A stretch of DNA of 64,000 nt from assembly GCA_963674945.2 (NCBI GenBank), contig CAXXWQ010000004.1, positions 1,760,001 through 1,824,000 on the forward strand. The letters run 5' to 3'. Every line of letters starts with the position of its first letter. The stretch's first letter is position 1. Positions 17,814 to 26,959 of the stretch are shown in pieces. Under the pieces are notes generated by a model. It was given only the letters and a program-made list of their open reading frames with translations. It was not told where the DNA came from and searched no databases. This DNA comes from an uncultured Desulfosarcina sp. (lineage in GTDB: Bacteria > Desulfobacterota > Desulfobacteria > Desulfobacterales > Desulfosarcinaceae). Both the position numbers and the translations under genes were made by a program.

Positions 17814-20392
17814 GATTCAAATCCGCCAAGCAGCAATTGATCAAGCCCTTCCTGGGTCGCCCGGATCTGGATCGCGGCAAACACCTCCCACATGATCATT
17901 TCCAGATGTGGCGCCAGGCTGTCCCCTTGCACGGTGATCAGCGCCTCGCCGCTTTCGATGGCCCTCGTCTTTGCCTCCATGTATTTGACCTGGGCCTCGT
18001 TCAACGCTTTTTGCATCTCAAGGGTTTTTTCCCTGAGTTCCTGCTCGCTTTTAAGTTGATCCTGGATAGCCCATTTTTCCTGAAGGCTGGTTCCGCTGTC
18101 CCATTCGGAAAACAAACCGCTGATCATTTTACCGGTGTCGGCAAACATCTCGGAGATGTTATCGGACAGGGCAATCGTGGTTTCGGCAGCGGCCTCGATC
18201 TCGGCGATATCCACCTGGGCCTTGTATTCCAGGGCCTTTTGGACAGTGGCCGCGTTGGCCTTCACCTCTTCGATCTTCAGGTCGGTTTCGATTTCAAGGC
18301 GTTTTACTGCGGGGATTTCCTCGATTTTTTTCTTGGCGTCCTCAACTTCGGAAGTGTCTATGGGGACCTTGATGGTTTTTAACTGTCGCGGACCGCCGTT
18401 CTCGTCGCCTACCCAATACTCAAGCTCCTGAAACTTCTCTTTGGCAGCCGCCGTATCGACGTTGAGCGTCTTTTTCTCTTCAACCAACACGCCCATCTTT
18501 CGCAGTTCTTCGGTAAGTTCCGCCGTGCTATAACTTGCATTTTCAACGCCCTTAACGATCTCAAGGGCGCTTTCCTTGGTCATCTTGCCGGCGGTTCCGA
18601 AAGCCGGGCCGACCTTGTCGGCCTCTGCATAGATCCTGGCAATGTCCTCATCGACCTCTTTGGCAAAGGACAGCGATTCTTTCAGGTCGTCGTTATTGCT
18701 GGTCCATTCGTATATTGCTTTGCCTGCAAGGTATCCGGCCGAAGCTACTCCAGCCACGGCTGCGCCAACGGCAAGGACCGGACTTGCGGTAATCGCGGCA
18801 ATGGCACTGCCCATTCCTGCAATAGCCGATGCAACGGCTCCAACAGGAACCGATATGGCCGTGACGGCAGCGCCGATCCCGGCAATCTTGGCCGCCGTGG
18901 TGATCGTGCCGGCATCCAGGGAGTTGAACCACCCGATCAGATCGCCGATCTTATCGGCCAGGGTGACGAACACCTCGGCGATACCGGTGGAGAATCGGAT
19001 CAGGGATTCGGCGCTGTCGACGATCTTTTGAATGGCGTGCTGCAGTCCTTCCGGCGTTGTCAGGTCCACATTGTCGAACAGGCCGGAAACCGCGTCCCGG
19101 ATATCGCCCAGCGAATCTAAGAATCCGGAATAATCCACCCCTTCCAGGGCCTCGGGAAGCGCGCTTGCGACCTCTTCAAAGGTTGTCCCAATACCTGCCA
19201 GAAAATCGTCGAGAGCGCTTAGAATCGGCTCGAAAGCGCCATCGTCAACCAATTTCTCCAACTGATTGACGATGGCGGTAAAACCGTTGATGACACTGGT
19301 TCCCGCCTCCTGAAAATCGTCTCCAATAGCGGAAGAGAGGTTTTTAAAACCTTCCCTAAGCCTGTTTACCGCAACCTCGGGATCTTTCAGCCGCTTGGCC
19401 ACTTCCGCAGCTGCCGATCCGGCCGAGTTCATGGCCGCAGCGGTGATCTCCGAAGATTTGCTCAGCCCGTCAAACACTTCGACCATACGGGCGCTCTGCT
19501 CGATGCCCACCAACTGCTGGGTGACGAACAGCTTTTGATCCTGCCCCAGGGTCTGGAACGCCTTGGAAACGTCGGCAAGGATGTCCTTGCCGGATCTAAG
19601 GTTCCCGTTCGCGTCTTTCTGGGACACGCCGATGGACTCAAGGGCATCTCTCACCGGCTTGCTGTCGTCAATCAGCTTGAGCAGTCCGGTTTTAAGGGCC
19701 ACGGCTGCCTCGTCGCCGGATCGAAATACCTCGATGACCGGCGTGAGTATTCCGGCCGTCTCCTCAAACGAAAATCCCATTTGTTTGGCGATGGGAGAGA
19801 GCCCGGCCATCCCTTTGCCCAGCTGCTGGATATCGGTGGCGTACTGGTTGGACACTTCATTGAGGATATCGATCAGCCGCCTGGCATCGGAAGCCGGCGC
19901 CTTGAACCCTTTGAGGGATGCGATCAGGATTTCGTTGGCGTCGGACGCATCGAGACTGCCGGCAATCACCAAGTCCATGCTGTCCTTGGCCAGGGTCATG
20001 GACTCTTGGATGTCGAACCCGGATTGCTTCCACTCGGCCGTGGCCGTCAAAATACCGGCCGCCGATTCGCCATACGCGTTGGACAACTCCTTGGCGTTGG
20101 TCTTGGCATCGTTCAACGCCTCGGCATTGTCGCCGGCCACCTTCTCCAGTTCGGTAAACGCCGATTTGAGCTTGGACGACTGACTGAATGCATAGGCGAT
20201 CCCGCCGGCGGCCATCGCCGCCAGCATGGCATCCAGCTTGACCACCGCAGTCGTTACGTCGGCCAGCGGTTGGGCCACGTTCCGGACACCGGTGTTCAGG
20301 TCATCCAGGCCGCTGCCCACGGAAGTAAATACCGATCCGGTCCGGTTGGTGGCGGTAAACAATAGCTCGATTGTGCGGGTAAGGTCTGCCAT
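17810..20392 (-). CDS. Phage tail tape measure protein
   Basis: About 860 aa, Ala-rich helical, preceded by tail chaperone genes. Confidence 0.92.
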   Translation of the reverse strand: MADLTRTIELLFTATNRTGSVFTSVGSGLDDLNTGVRNVAQPLADVTTAVVKLDAMLAAMAAGGIAYAFSQSSKLKSAFTELEKVAGDNAEALNDAKTNAKELSNAYGESAAGILTATAEWKQSGFDIQESMTLAKDSMDLVIAGSLDASDANEILIASLKGFKAPASDARRLIDILNEVSNQYATDIQQLGKGMAGLSPIAKQMGFSFEETAGILTPVIEVFRSGDEAAVALKTGLLKLIDDSKPVRDALESIGVSQKDANGNLRSGKDILADVSKAFQTLGQDQKLFVTQQLVGIEQSARMVEVFDGLSKSSEITAAAMNSAGSAAAEVAKRLKDPEVAVNRLREGFKNLSSAIGDDFQEAGTSVINGFTAIVNQLEKLVDDGAFEPILSALDDFLAGIGTTFEEVASALPEALEGVDYSGFLDSLGDIRDAVSGLFDNVDLTTPEGLQHAIQKIVDSAESLIRFSTGIAEVFVTLADKIGDLIGWFNSLDAGTITTAAKIAGIGAAVTAISVPVGAVASAIAGMGSAIAAITASPVLAVGAAVAGVASAGYLAGKAIYEWTSNNDDLKESLSFAKEVDEDIARIYAEADKVGPAFGTAGKMTKESALEIVKGVENASYSTAELTEELRKMGVLVEEKKTLNVDTAAAKEKFQELEYWVGDENGGPRQLKTIKVPIDTSEVEDAKKKIEEIPAVKRLEIETDLKIEEVKANAATVQKALEYKAQVDIAEIEAAAETTIALSDNISEMFADTGKMISGLFSEWDSGTSLQEKWAIQDQLKSEQELREKTLEMQKALNEAQVKYMEAKTRAIESGEALITVQGDSLAPHLEMIMWEVFAAIQIRATQEGLDQLLLGGFES

Positions 20393-20580
20393 CACGACAT
20401 TCCATCAAGACGTTGTTTGTAATACCGCCCCCACAGGATCCGTTCCGCTTCGGTGAGATAGGGATGAGGAAAGATGTCGGGGATCACCTCGAACAAAAAC
20501 CGCTGCCCTCCGATGCCTCTGGCGCATAGGGCTAATGCGTCCTGGACGCGCTTGTTTGCCCAGAGGCTTTCGATTTTCCC
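20392..20580 (-). CDS. -1 frameshift extension of tail assembly chaperone (gpGT-like)
   Basis: G GGA AAA at 20580-20574; -1 frame open to TGA 20394-20392 overlapping the tape measure ATG. Confidence 0.8.
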   Translation of the reverse strand, partial: GKIESLWANKRVQDALALCARGIGGQRFLFEVIPDIFPHPYLTEAERILWGRYYKQRLDGMS

Positions 20581-21005
20581 ACGGGTACGTGCCCCAGCGC
20601 GGTCAGGTTGTCGATTTTCCGGAAAAGCCGGAGCATGGTGTCGATGTGATACTCGGCCAGGCGGACCACGTCTTCTTGCGTAAGTTTCACCGACACCACC
20701 CCGAACTCCACAAAGGCAATGGCCTTGACCAACATGGGGTGGACATCGCCGGTAAACCCCAGGCTTTCGATCAGAGCGGCGATCTTCTTTTTCGAATTGT
20801 CTCCGGCCAGCTTTTTGACCAGCTCGTCGAGGTTCCGGTTTTGCTCTCTTCTACGCTCGGCCTGGAACACCTCCGGGCCGGTAAGCGATTGCACCTCAAG
20901 TTCGGCCGGACCGTCTCCATCAAAAAACCCGGCCAGCTCCGGTACCGGAACCGTTTCCGTGCGGCGCTCAAACTCAGCGTTCCTGAATTTTTCAAGATTC
21001 ATCAT
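20532..21005 (-). CDS. Tail assembly chaperone (lambda gpG-like)
   Basis: Between major tail and tape measure genes; slippery site near 3' end. Confidence 0.8.
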   Translation of the reverse strand: MMNLEKFRNAEFERRTETVPVPELAGFFDGDGPAELEVQSLTGPEVFQAERRREQNRNLDELVKKLAGDNSKKKIAALIESLGFTGDVHPMLVKAIAFVEFGVVSVKLTQEDVVRLAEYHIDTMLRLFRKIDNLTALGHVPVGKSKASGQTSASRTH

Positions 21006-22027
21006 GCGTTAAACCCCACGGATGCTTTCTCGCAGTACAGCGTGCAGGAAATTTCGGTGTTGTCCCCGGCCGGAAATTTCCGGTCGATGCCCAAAGCGCC
21101 CTGGGTGAGTACAAAGGGCGTCTTATTGGCATCCTGGAAGTATTTGACGGTGATCATTTCACCGGCCTCGTCGACGATGGGATCGGTGATGCCGTCGTTG
21201 GCATACAAGGTAAACGATGCATCACCCACGGAATCGGCGGACACGGATCCGATCACGCCGCTGCCGCCGTCCCCCTTATAGACCTTGGTGCTGGACTTGC
21301 TGATGCCGACCTCGGCCGCCTTAAAATCGCTCACGTTGGGCACGGTGGACAACGTGGGGGTGTAATACTGGATGTACACGGCCTTGGCCACGGATCCGGT
21401 ATGAACGGCCGGCAGGGCCTCGTAAAACTTGACATGGGCGTTCTTTTCGGCAGTGGTCGCGGCCTTTTTCCCTTTGCCGATATTGTCGTACGTAAATGCC
21501 GGGTAGTCGTAGCGCTCGCAGTGCTGGCCGATGTCCTGGTAGATCTCGCTTTCGGAGATGACCGCCGATGACTGGCTGTCGAATTTCACCTGGCCCACCT
21601 CCACCGCGTCCACGGGGATCAGCGGCGGTCCCCCGGCCTCGCCCCGGGTCGATGAAAAAGAAGTTCCCTCGGTGCCTTCCACCTCGTCGATGGTGCCCGT
21701 ATCGTCCATAATGATCGAGCAGATCTTATGATCGTCGGTCGACGGCCGGGTCAGGGCAATGGATATCGCCGCCACGGTGTGAAGCGTACCCTTGCTGTAT
21801 GCCGTAAACCCGGCCACGGCGACCGTGTCATCGTTGGCATGGGTGGATAGGATGTTACTCCCTGTAACCACGCCGTTGGGCCGGATATCCGGCTCGTACC
21901 CGCTTTTGCCGCTCCACAGGGTCCCGGCGGTAAAGATCCGGTTGTCGCCGGAGTCGGTCATCTGCGTAAATTCGGTCAGCACTCTGCCGAGTTCGACCTG
22001 GATTTTACCTCGTTCCGATGTACTCAT
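21002..22027 (-). CDS. Major tail (tube) protein
   Basis: 341 aa, synteny, strong RBS; no sheath gene seen, so non-contractile tail inferred. Confidence 0.7.
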   Translation of the reverse strand: MSTSERGKIQVELGRVLTEFTQMTDSGDNRIFTAGTLWSGKSGYEPDIRPNGVVTGSNILSTHANDDTVAVAGFTAYSKGTLHTVAAISIALTRPSTDDHKICSIIMDDTGTIDEVEGTEGTSFSSTRGEAGGPPLIPVDAVEVGQVKFDSQSSAVISESEIYQDIGQHCERYDYPAFTYDNIGKGKKAATTAEKNAHVKFYEALPAVHTGSVAKAVYIQYYTPTLSTVPNVSDFKAAEVGISKSSTKVYKGDGGSGVIGSVSADSVGDASFTLYANDGITDPIVDEAGEMITVKYFQDANKTPFVLTQGALGIDRKFPAGDNTEISCTLYCEKASVGFNA

Positions 22028-22045
22028 GACTTTCTCCTTATTCTC

Positions 22046-22471
22046 TTATGAGGCCGAATAGTCGGCTTTTAGCCGATAGGTAAGGCCATACACCAATAGG
22101 GGGCCTGTGGCATCGATCAGCGATTCTCGTACCGGCCACAGCTCGGCGCCGAATTCTGCTATCACCAATCCGATCAGCCGGGTTCTTACCGCCTCGATGA
22201 CGGTGTGGCAGGCTTCGGCGCCATCGGCGCGACTGCGATGGTTCTTGGCAATCAACACCACCGTGAACTGCATGGTATGCCGGGCCAGCACATTGTCCAC
22301 CACCTTGCGTCCCTCGAAATCGGCGCCGTTATAGATCACCCATAAGACCGGCAGACGCCTGGGCTTTTTCACCAGTTCCGCAATGTCGCCGGCATACTGC
22401 TCGATGTCACCAACCACACCAGGCGTTGCTTCAAGGGCGGTTTTGATGGCGTCGATGATTTCCTGAATCAT
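22046..22471 (-). CDS. Mu Gp37-like tail terminator
   Basis: Synteny after gp36; YAGD, LP.LWV.Y motifs. Confidence 0.7.
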   Translation of the reverse strand: MIQEIIDAIKTALEATPGVVGDIEQYAGDIAELVKKPRRLPVLWVIYNGADFEGRKVVDNVLARHTMQFTVVLIAKNHRSRADGAEACHTVIEAVRTRLIGLVIAEFGAELWPVRESLIDATGPLLVYGLTYRLKADYSAS

Positions 22472-22482
22472 AATTTTGCTCG

Positions 22483-22938
22483 TCAGTAATTATCCAAAGA
22501 TCCCGAAGATCCGTCGGAGCTTTTTCCGATGGTAAAGATGCGATCACTTTTGGATGCGGTGACCGCGACCCCGTCATCGCTGGAGGCAGCCGGGTCCGGC
22601 ACGTCCAAACGAAGCTTGCCTTCGGCCATCTTCTCCAGCATCCGCCGGCCAGCCTGACACCGGTCCGCCCACTGCTTGGGAAGCTCTATGTGGTCCCTTC
22701 TCGCGTACAGCCGGCACACGGCCAGATCGGCGGACATGCGCAAAACGATGGCCGGCGTCGTGGAAAACGGCAGGGTGTAGCGCATGGACAAAAACGCGTC
22801 GATCTCTTCGTCGGCATCGGCAATGGCGGCGGCCACCACATCGGCATCCACCACCCCGGCATCGTCGTCATCGGTCAGCTCGATGAGGATGTTCTCGGAA
22901 AGGCGCTTGGCAATGTCCTCTGCGGTGCAGTAGGCCAT
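22483..22938 (-). CDS. Mu gp36-like head-tail connector (DUF1320)
   Basis: MAYCT.ED, LTDD, AIADA.EEID.FL..RY.LP. Confidence 0.88.
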   Translation of the reverse strand: MAYCTAEDIAKRLSENILIELTDDDDAGVVDADVVAAAIADADEEIDAFLSMRYTLPFSTTPAIVLRMSADLAVCRLYARRDHIELPKQWADRCQAGRRMLEKMAEGKLRLDVPDPAASSDDGVAVTASKSDRIFTIGKSSDGSSGSLDNY

Positions 22939-22944
22939 GACAGG

Positions 22945-23118
22945 TTATTCCGCTGCCGGCGGCTTGGCTTTGGCGGCTGAGAGCTTGACATTTCCTCCAA
23001 GCTTTTGTGCCTCTTTTTCCGAAAGCTCGATTTCGTCACCCGGGTTGTAGGTGTCGGCCGTTTTCTTCCCCTTGGCCCCATGTTTGACGGGCGTGTGTTG
23101 GACGATATACGTGGGCAT
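22945..23118 (-). CDS. Small head-associated protein (57 aa, not in ORF track)
   Basis: AAGGAGG RBS; MPTYIVQHTPVKHG...YNPGDEIELSEKEA. Confidence 0.7.
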   Translation of the reverse strand: MPTYIVQHTPVKHGAKGKKTADTYNPGDEIELSEKEAQKLGGNVKLSAAKAKPPAAE

Positions 23119-23147
23119 CGTTTCCTCCTTTTCAGAAAGCCAGGCAG

Positions 23148-24086
23148 TTACGCCACGGCGTCCTCGATAAGATAGCCAAGGTCGCTGGCTATCACCTTCT
23201 CATCCGAGTTCCAGGCCACCTTGAAGTAATGGGCGCCTTTGACACCCCGTTTTTTGTCAAAGTCCCGCTGGGTCTGGCGAAGCATCTCCGAGATCGTCAT
23301 GCCAAAGGTGATGGATTTGATCCCCGGGCTCTTCACCACATGAAGGGCCGCCATATGCTTTCCCCAAAGCCTGGTATAAGAGGCGGTCTGCCCTTCCTTG
23401 GCCGTGTTGTAGCGGGCGCGGCCCACCAGAAGTTTTTCTACTTCCAGCAAGGATGCCACTTCCGCTTTGGTGGCAAGACCGCCGGGGGATCCCTGGTACC
23501 GTGTGGCGCCTTTAACCGCGTCCAGCACCTCGGGCAGCGCCCTGAACTTCATCCAGGCCTCCGCGCCAAACACCAGGGTGTTGGCCCGTAAAAAGCAGCT
23601 TTCCACGGCGGTAAGAACATCCTGCACCGGATTGTCGGCACTATCTCCCCACTGGGCCGTGCCCGAAAGCTGCACCTTGTTGCCGGTGGGATAGGTGTCC
23701 GAATCGAAAACGATGTCGACCACACGCTTTTCCTGGGCGATGTCCAAAAGCAGGTTGAGAAACTCGTTGGTATCCAACTCGGGTTGAAGCGGGTTGTCCG
23801 AGTTGTCGATGGTTTCCTGGGGAAGCCAGTCCCCTAAGGCATGATCGTCCACCGAGTAGTTGTCATCGGAGGCGCCCCAGTCCACTTCGTTGGGCATCGC
23901 CTTGGGACCGATGGCGTCATCCACCAGCTTGAAAGCATCTTCCTTGTCGTATTTGATGATCTTGTCCGATCGCTTGCCCACTTTCACCTGGGGCATAACT
24001 TCGGGCCAAATCATGGCCTCGTTTCGGTACTGGATGCTCATGTTGGTGAGCACCGCATCCACGTGCAGGGCATTGGGTTCAGGCAT
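23148..24086 (-). CDS. Major capsid protein
   Basis: 312 aa after protease/decoration genes; VDAVLTN.SIQY.N, strong RBS. Confidence 0.85.
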   Translation of the reverse strand: MPEPNALHVDAVLTNMSIQYRNEAMIWPEVMPQVKVGKRSDKIIKYDKEDAFKLVDDAIGPKAMPNEVDWGASDDNYSVDDHALGDWLPQETIDNSDNPLQPELDTNEFLNLLLDIAQEKRVVDIVFDSDTYPTGNKVQLSGTAQWGDSADNPVQDVLTAVESCFLRANTLVFGAEAWMKFRALPEVLDAVKGATRYQGSPGGLATKAEVASLLEVEKLLVGRARYNTAKEGQTASYTRLWGKHMAALHVVKSPGIKSITFGMTISEMLRQTQRDFDKKRGVKGAHYFKVAWNSDEKVIASDLGYLIEDAVA

Positions 24087-24124
24087 GACTGTTCTCCTTG
24101 TTGTCGATTACAGGTAAAAGGGTG

Positions 24125-24508
24125 TTATCCCTGGATTTGTCCGGGCGTCAGAAGCAGGGGGACGATGTCTCCGACCACTCCCGATGCCATGAATTTGCCG
24201 ACAACGGATGCATTTACCCCGGCGGCCGGTTCGGCCTTTACGGCCAAAGCGTCGGCATCGCTCGTGGCCCAATCGCCCCTGGCGACGGTTCCCCCCAGCT
24301 TGACGCGGGTGATCCCTGTGAGCATGACGCGTACCGCTTCGCCGGCCTGGCTGGTGGTATGCTGGAACACCCCGATCAGCCCTTCCGTGGACGCCGTTGC
24401 TGCGGCAAGCGTGTCGTCATCGCTTCCGAACTTGGCGATGGTGAACGGTTCATCGATGGCCGCTTCACAATTGACTTTCTTTTCGATACCGGATGTCTGG
24501 CCTATCAT
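24125..24508 (-). CDS. Capsid decoration/cement protein (DUF2190-like)
   Basis: Ala/Gly-rich 127 aa, AGGAGG RBS, just before the capsid gene. Confidence 0.7.
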   Translation of the reverse strand: MIGQTSGIEKKVNCEAAIDEPFTIAKFGSDDDTLAAATASTEGLIGVFQHTTSQAGEAVRVMLTGITRVKLGGTVARGDWATSDADALAVKAEPAAGVNASVVGKFMASGVVGDIVPLLLTPGQIQG

Positions 24509-24533
24509 TGGTTTTCCTCCTTTTTGAGGCGGG

Positions 24534-25568
24534 TTAGCGGTCTTTGAAAAGATCCGGATGTTTTTCTGAAACGGAGAGAACCGCGTCTTTGTAAGTGACA
24601 CCCTGGTTCTTCTCCATGAACTCCGAAATTAACTGCTCGCGCTTTTCCTGGTTGGTGCCGGCCCCGGCATCCTTGTCGCGGCTGGCGATCTCTTCAAAAT
24701 TGATCAGCTTGGGAAGGCCCTCCAGGAACTCTTTGAACCAGGCGTCCGTGGTTTTCTTCTCTTTGCCTTCGCAAAATTCGATGGGAGAATCGGTGGCCAG
24801 CTGCTCCATAAAAAGGCCGATGCCGGCATCCACCCAGGCCGGAGCGATCTTGCCGGTCTCGACCCCGGCATCGATGTATTCGCCGATCTTCTCGGTCCGT
24901 TGGGCTTTTCTTCGTTTGGCTTCAGTTTCTGCAAACTTGGCCTCGGCCTCTTTGCGGGCATCCTCGGCGGCCTTTTGTTTGGCTGCTTCCAGGTCCGCTT
25001 CGGTAAACGTGCCGGCCGATACCGAAGGGGTGGCGGTGGAAGGAGGAGCGATCATGTCGATGTCCTCATCCTTTCCGCCAAGCTTTTTGAAAATGTTAAT
25101 GGCGTTTAAAAATTCGCTGAACTTCATGCTGTCTCCTTTCGTCGATGCTTTTGTGTGATGAGAAATAAACTCGATGGATGTATCCGCATCCTCGCCAAAG
25201 GCGGGAAGCGGCGTAAGGCCCTTTACCGCCGGGGGCGTGCCGCCCAAAAAACCCACGTGCCGGAGACGGCCGTCGGCGTAAAAGGCGGCGCTGCGGTTTT
25301 GGTACAGCCGGCCGTTAACCCAGCCCTTAAGGGCGTCCACGGGCGCGATGTCGGCCATCAGCCGCTTGACTCCGGATGCGACATCGGCCTTCACGCCGTT
25401 GACCCAGCCGTAAGCCGGACTGTCGTCTTTGGGATGGCCGAGCACCAGGGGCGGCCGGTGCTCACCGGCGTTAAAAGAAGAGACCGCTTTTTCGATCAGG
25501 CAATCGCCGTCATGCTCCCGTCCCTGGCTGTCTCGCTGCGGCCCGCCTTTGAAAATCTCGATCCACAT
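24534..25568 (-). CDS. Prohead protease/scaffold (Mu gpI/Z-like)
   Basis: WIEIFKGG, PLVLGHP, PAYGW, LRHVGFLG..PPAVKGL; coiled-coil C-terminus. Confidence 0.85.
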   Translation of the reverse strand: MWIEIFKGGPQRDSQGREHDGDCLIEKAVSSFNAGEHRPPLVLGHPKDDSPAYGWVNGVKADVASGVKRLMADIAPVDALKGWVNGRLYQNRSAAFYADGRLRHVGFLGGTPPAVKGLTPLPAFGEDADTSIEFISHHTKASTKGDSMKFSEFLNAINIFKKLGGKDEDIDMIAPPSTATPSVSAGTFTEADLEAAKQKAAEDARKEAEAKFAETEAKRRKAQRTEKIGEYIDAGVETGKIAPAWVDAGIGLFMEQLATDSPIEFCEGKEKKTTDAWFKEFLEGLPKLINFEEIASRDKDAGAGTNQEKREQLISEFMEKNQGVTYKDAVLSVSEKHPDLFKDR

Positions 25569-25700
25569 AATCAAATCTCCTTTGAAAACTTCGTGAGAGG
25601 CTCAAATTTCGACGATCTTGCTTGCGCACGAGCATTGAGCCGTTCTCATCGGGTTTTGTTTGACCTCGGCGCCCTTGGGCGCAATGCTCGCCGGATCTGT

Positions 25701-26192
25701 CTACTCGCCCAGCAGAAAATCGTTGATCGTCGCCTTGATCTCTTCCCAGTCCTCGTCCTGGACTTGGAGAAAGGGCCTTGCCGGGATCAGGCTGCCCGGG
25801 TGATTGACCTTCCTGAAAATTCCGTAGGGCGTCCGTAAGGCCTTTTTCTTCCTGGGCCGGATAATGTGCGGGCCGGTGTGGCCCCCGAGCTGGTGGATGG
25901 CCGCATAGGCCACGTTGGTCCCCACGGCTGTCCAGCCGTTTCCGGCGGCAACGGTAAAGCTGCGGCGAAGCCGCCCTGTCTTGCTTAAGGTCTGGCCGCC
26001 ATCTTCTAAAGCTCTTCTCGAAGGCTCCCAGGCCGGGCGGCCCTCTTGAGCAAAGTTGCGCTCCACCGAAGTCCGCACCACCTCGCCGATCACTTCCATC
26101 AGCGGTTTGGTGCTCTCCATCCGGCTTTTCAACCGGGAGAGCAGTTCTCGGGCCTCGGTATCGTCTACGGTGATGGATACGGCGGCGGTCAT
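25701..26192 (-). CDS. Virion morphogenesis protein (Mu gpG-like)
   Basis: TGRLRRS, VGTNVAYAAIHQLGG, IPARPFL. Confidence 0.9.
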   Translation of the reverse strand: MTAAVSITVDDTEARELLSRLKSRMESTKPLMEVIGEVVRTSVERNFAQEGRPAWEPSRRALEDGGQTLSKTGRLRRSFTVAAGNGWTAVGTNVAYAAIHQLGGHTGPHIIRPRKKKALRTPYGIFRKVNHPGSLIPARPFLQVQDEDWEEIKATINDFLLGE

Positions 26193-26959
26193 AGGCCCAA
26201 TGCCTCCTCATACCTGCGGCGCAATTCGGCGATCAGTTCCGGCAAAGGCATTTGATCGATGGCATCATCAATGTCCGGGCGGGGAACTTCTTCGGTCCAC
26301 TCCTTGCCCACGTTACGCATAAAGCCGGTGTCCGGCATCAGCAGCCGGGCCGGCAGTTTTTCTCCGGTCTTAGGATCCGTGGGCTCGAACAGCTCTCCCG
26401 TGGGATCCTCGATCTCAACCGTAAGGCCATCGCGCTTCACCTCCCGGGCCGACAATGTGTCCACGCCGCATCGGCACCGGTACCCGTTGGGGGGAAACCA
26501 GGTATCCCAGATGGGATGGTTGGCGGGAAACACTCTCCCGTTCATGGCCCGGTGGGCCGGCCGGGTCCGGCCGTCGTTGACCGCGCTGTATCGCCAGTAG
26601 GGCCTTGCCTTGAGAACGGCCGGATCGGTCATCTGGAAATAACGGCCGGCCATGTAAGCGCTTTGGATATTGGTGCGAAAGATGATCTCCAGGCGAACCC
26701 CGCTCCAATTTTGCTCGTCGATGATGTCGGGGATCCTGGCCTTGAAATCTTCAAATGTCTCGCCGTTTGAAAGCGCCTGGTCGATGGCGTCTTTGACCGC
26801 CTCGATCTGGTCCAGCCGGGTCAGGCCGCTCACGTAAAACCCGCGCGCCTGCATCTGCTCGAACATCTCGTCGAACGCTTCACGGGTCATGGGCACCTTG
26901 TCCGCCCAAAACGCCAGGGCCTCGATCATGGACAGCGCCATTGGTTTAACGTCCGGCAT
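26189..26959 (-). CDS. Head morphogenesis protein (Mu gpF/SPP1 gp7 family)
   Basis: IFRTNIQSAY.AGR, DGRTRPAH, PPNGYRCRC. Confidence 0.92.
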   Translation of the reverse strand: MPDVKPMALSMIEALAFWADKVPMTREAFDEMFEQMQARGFYVSGLTRLDQIEAVKDAIDQALSNGETFEDFKARIPDIIDEQNWSGVRLEIIFRTNIQSAYMAGRYFQMTDPAVLKARPYWRYSAVNDGRTRPAHRAMNGRVFPANHPIWDTWFPPNGYRCRCGVDTLSAREVKRDGLTVEIEDPTGELFEPTDPKTGEKLPARLLMPDTGFMRNVGKEWTEEVPRPDIDDAIDQMPLPELIAELRRRYEEALGL

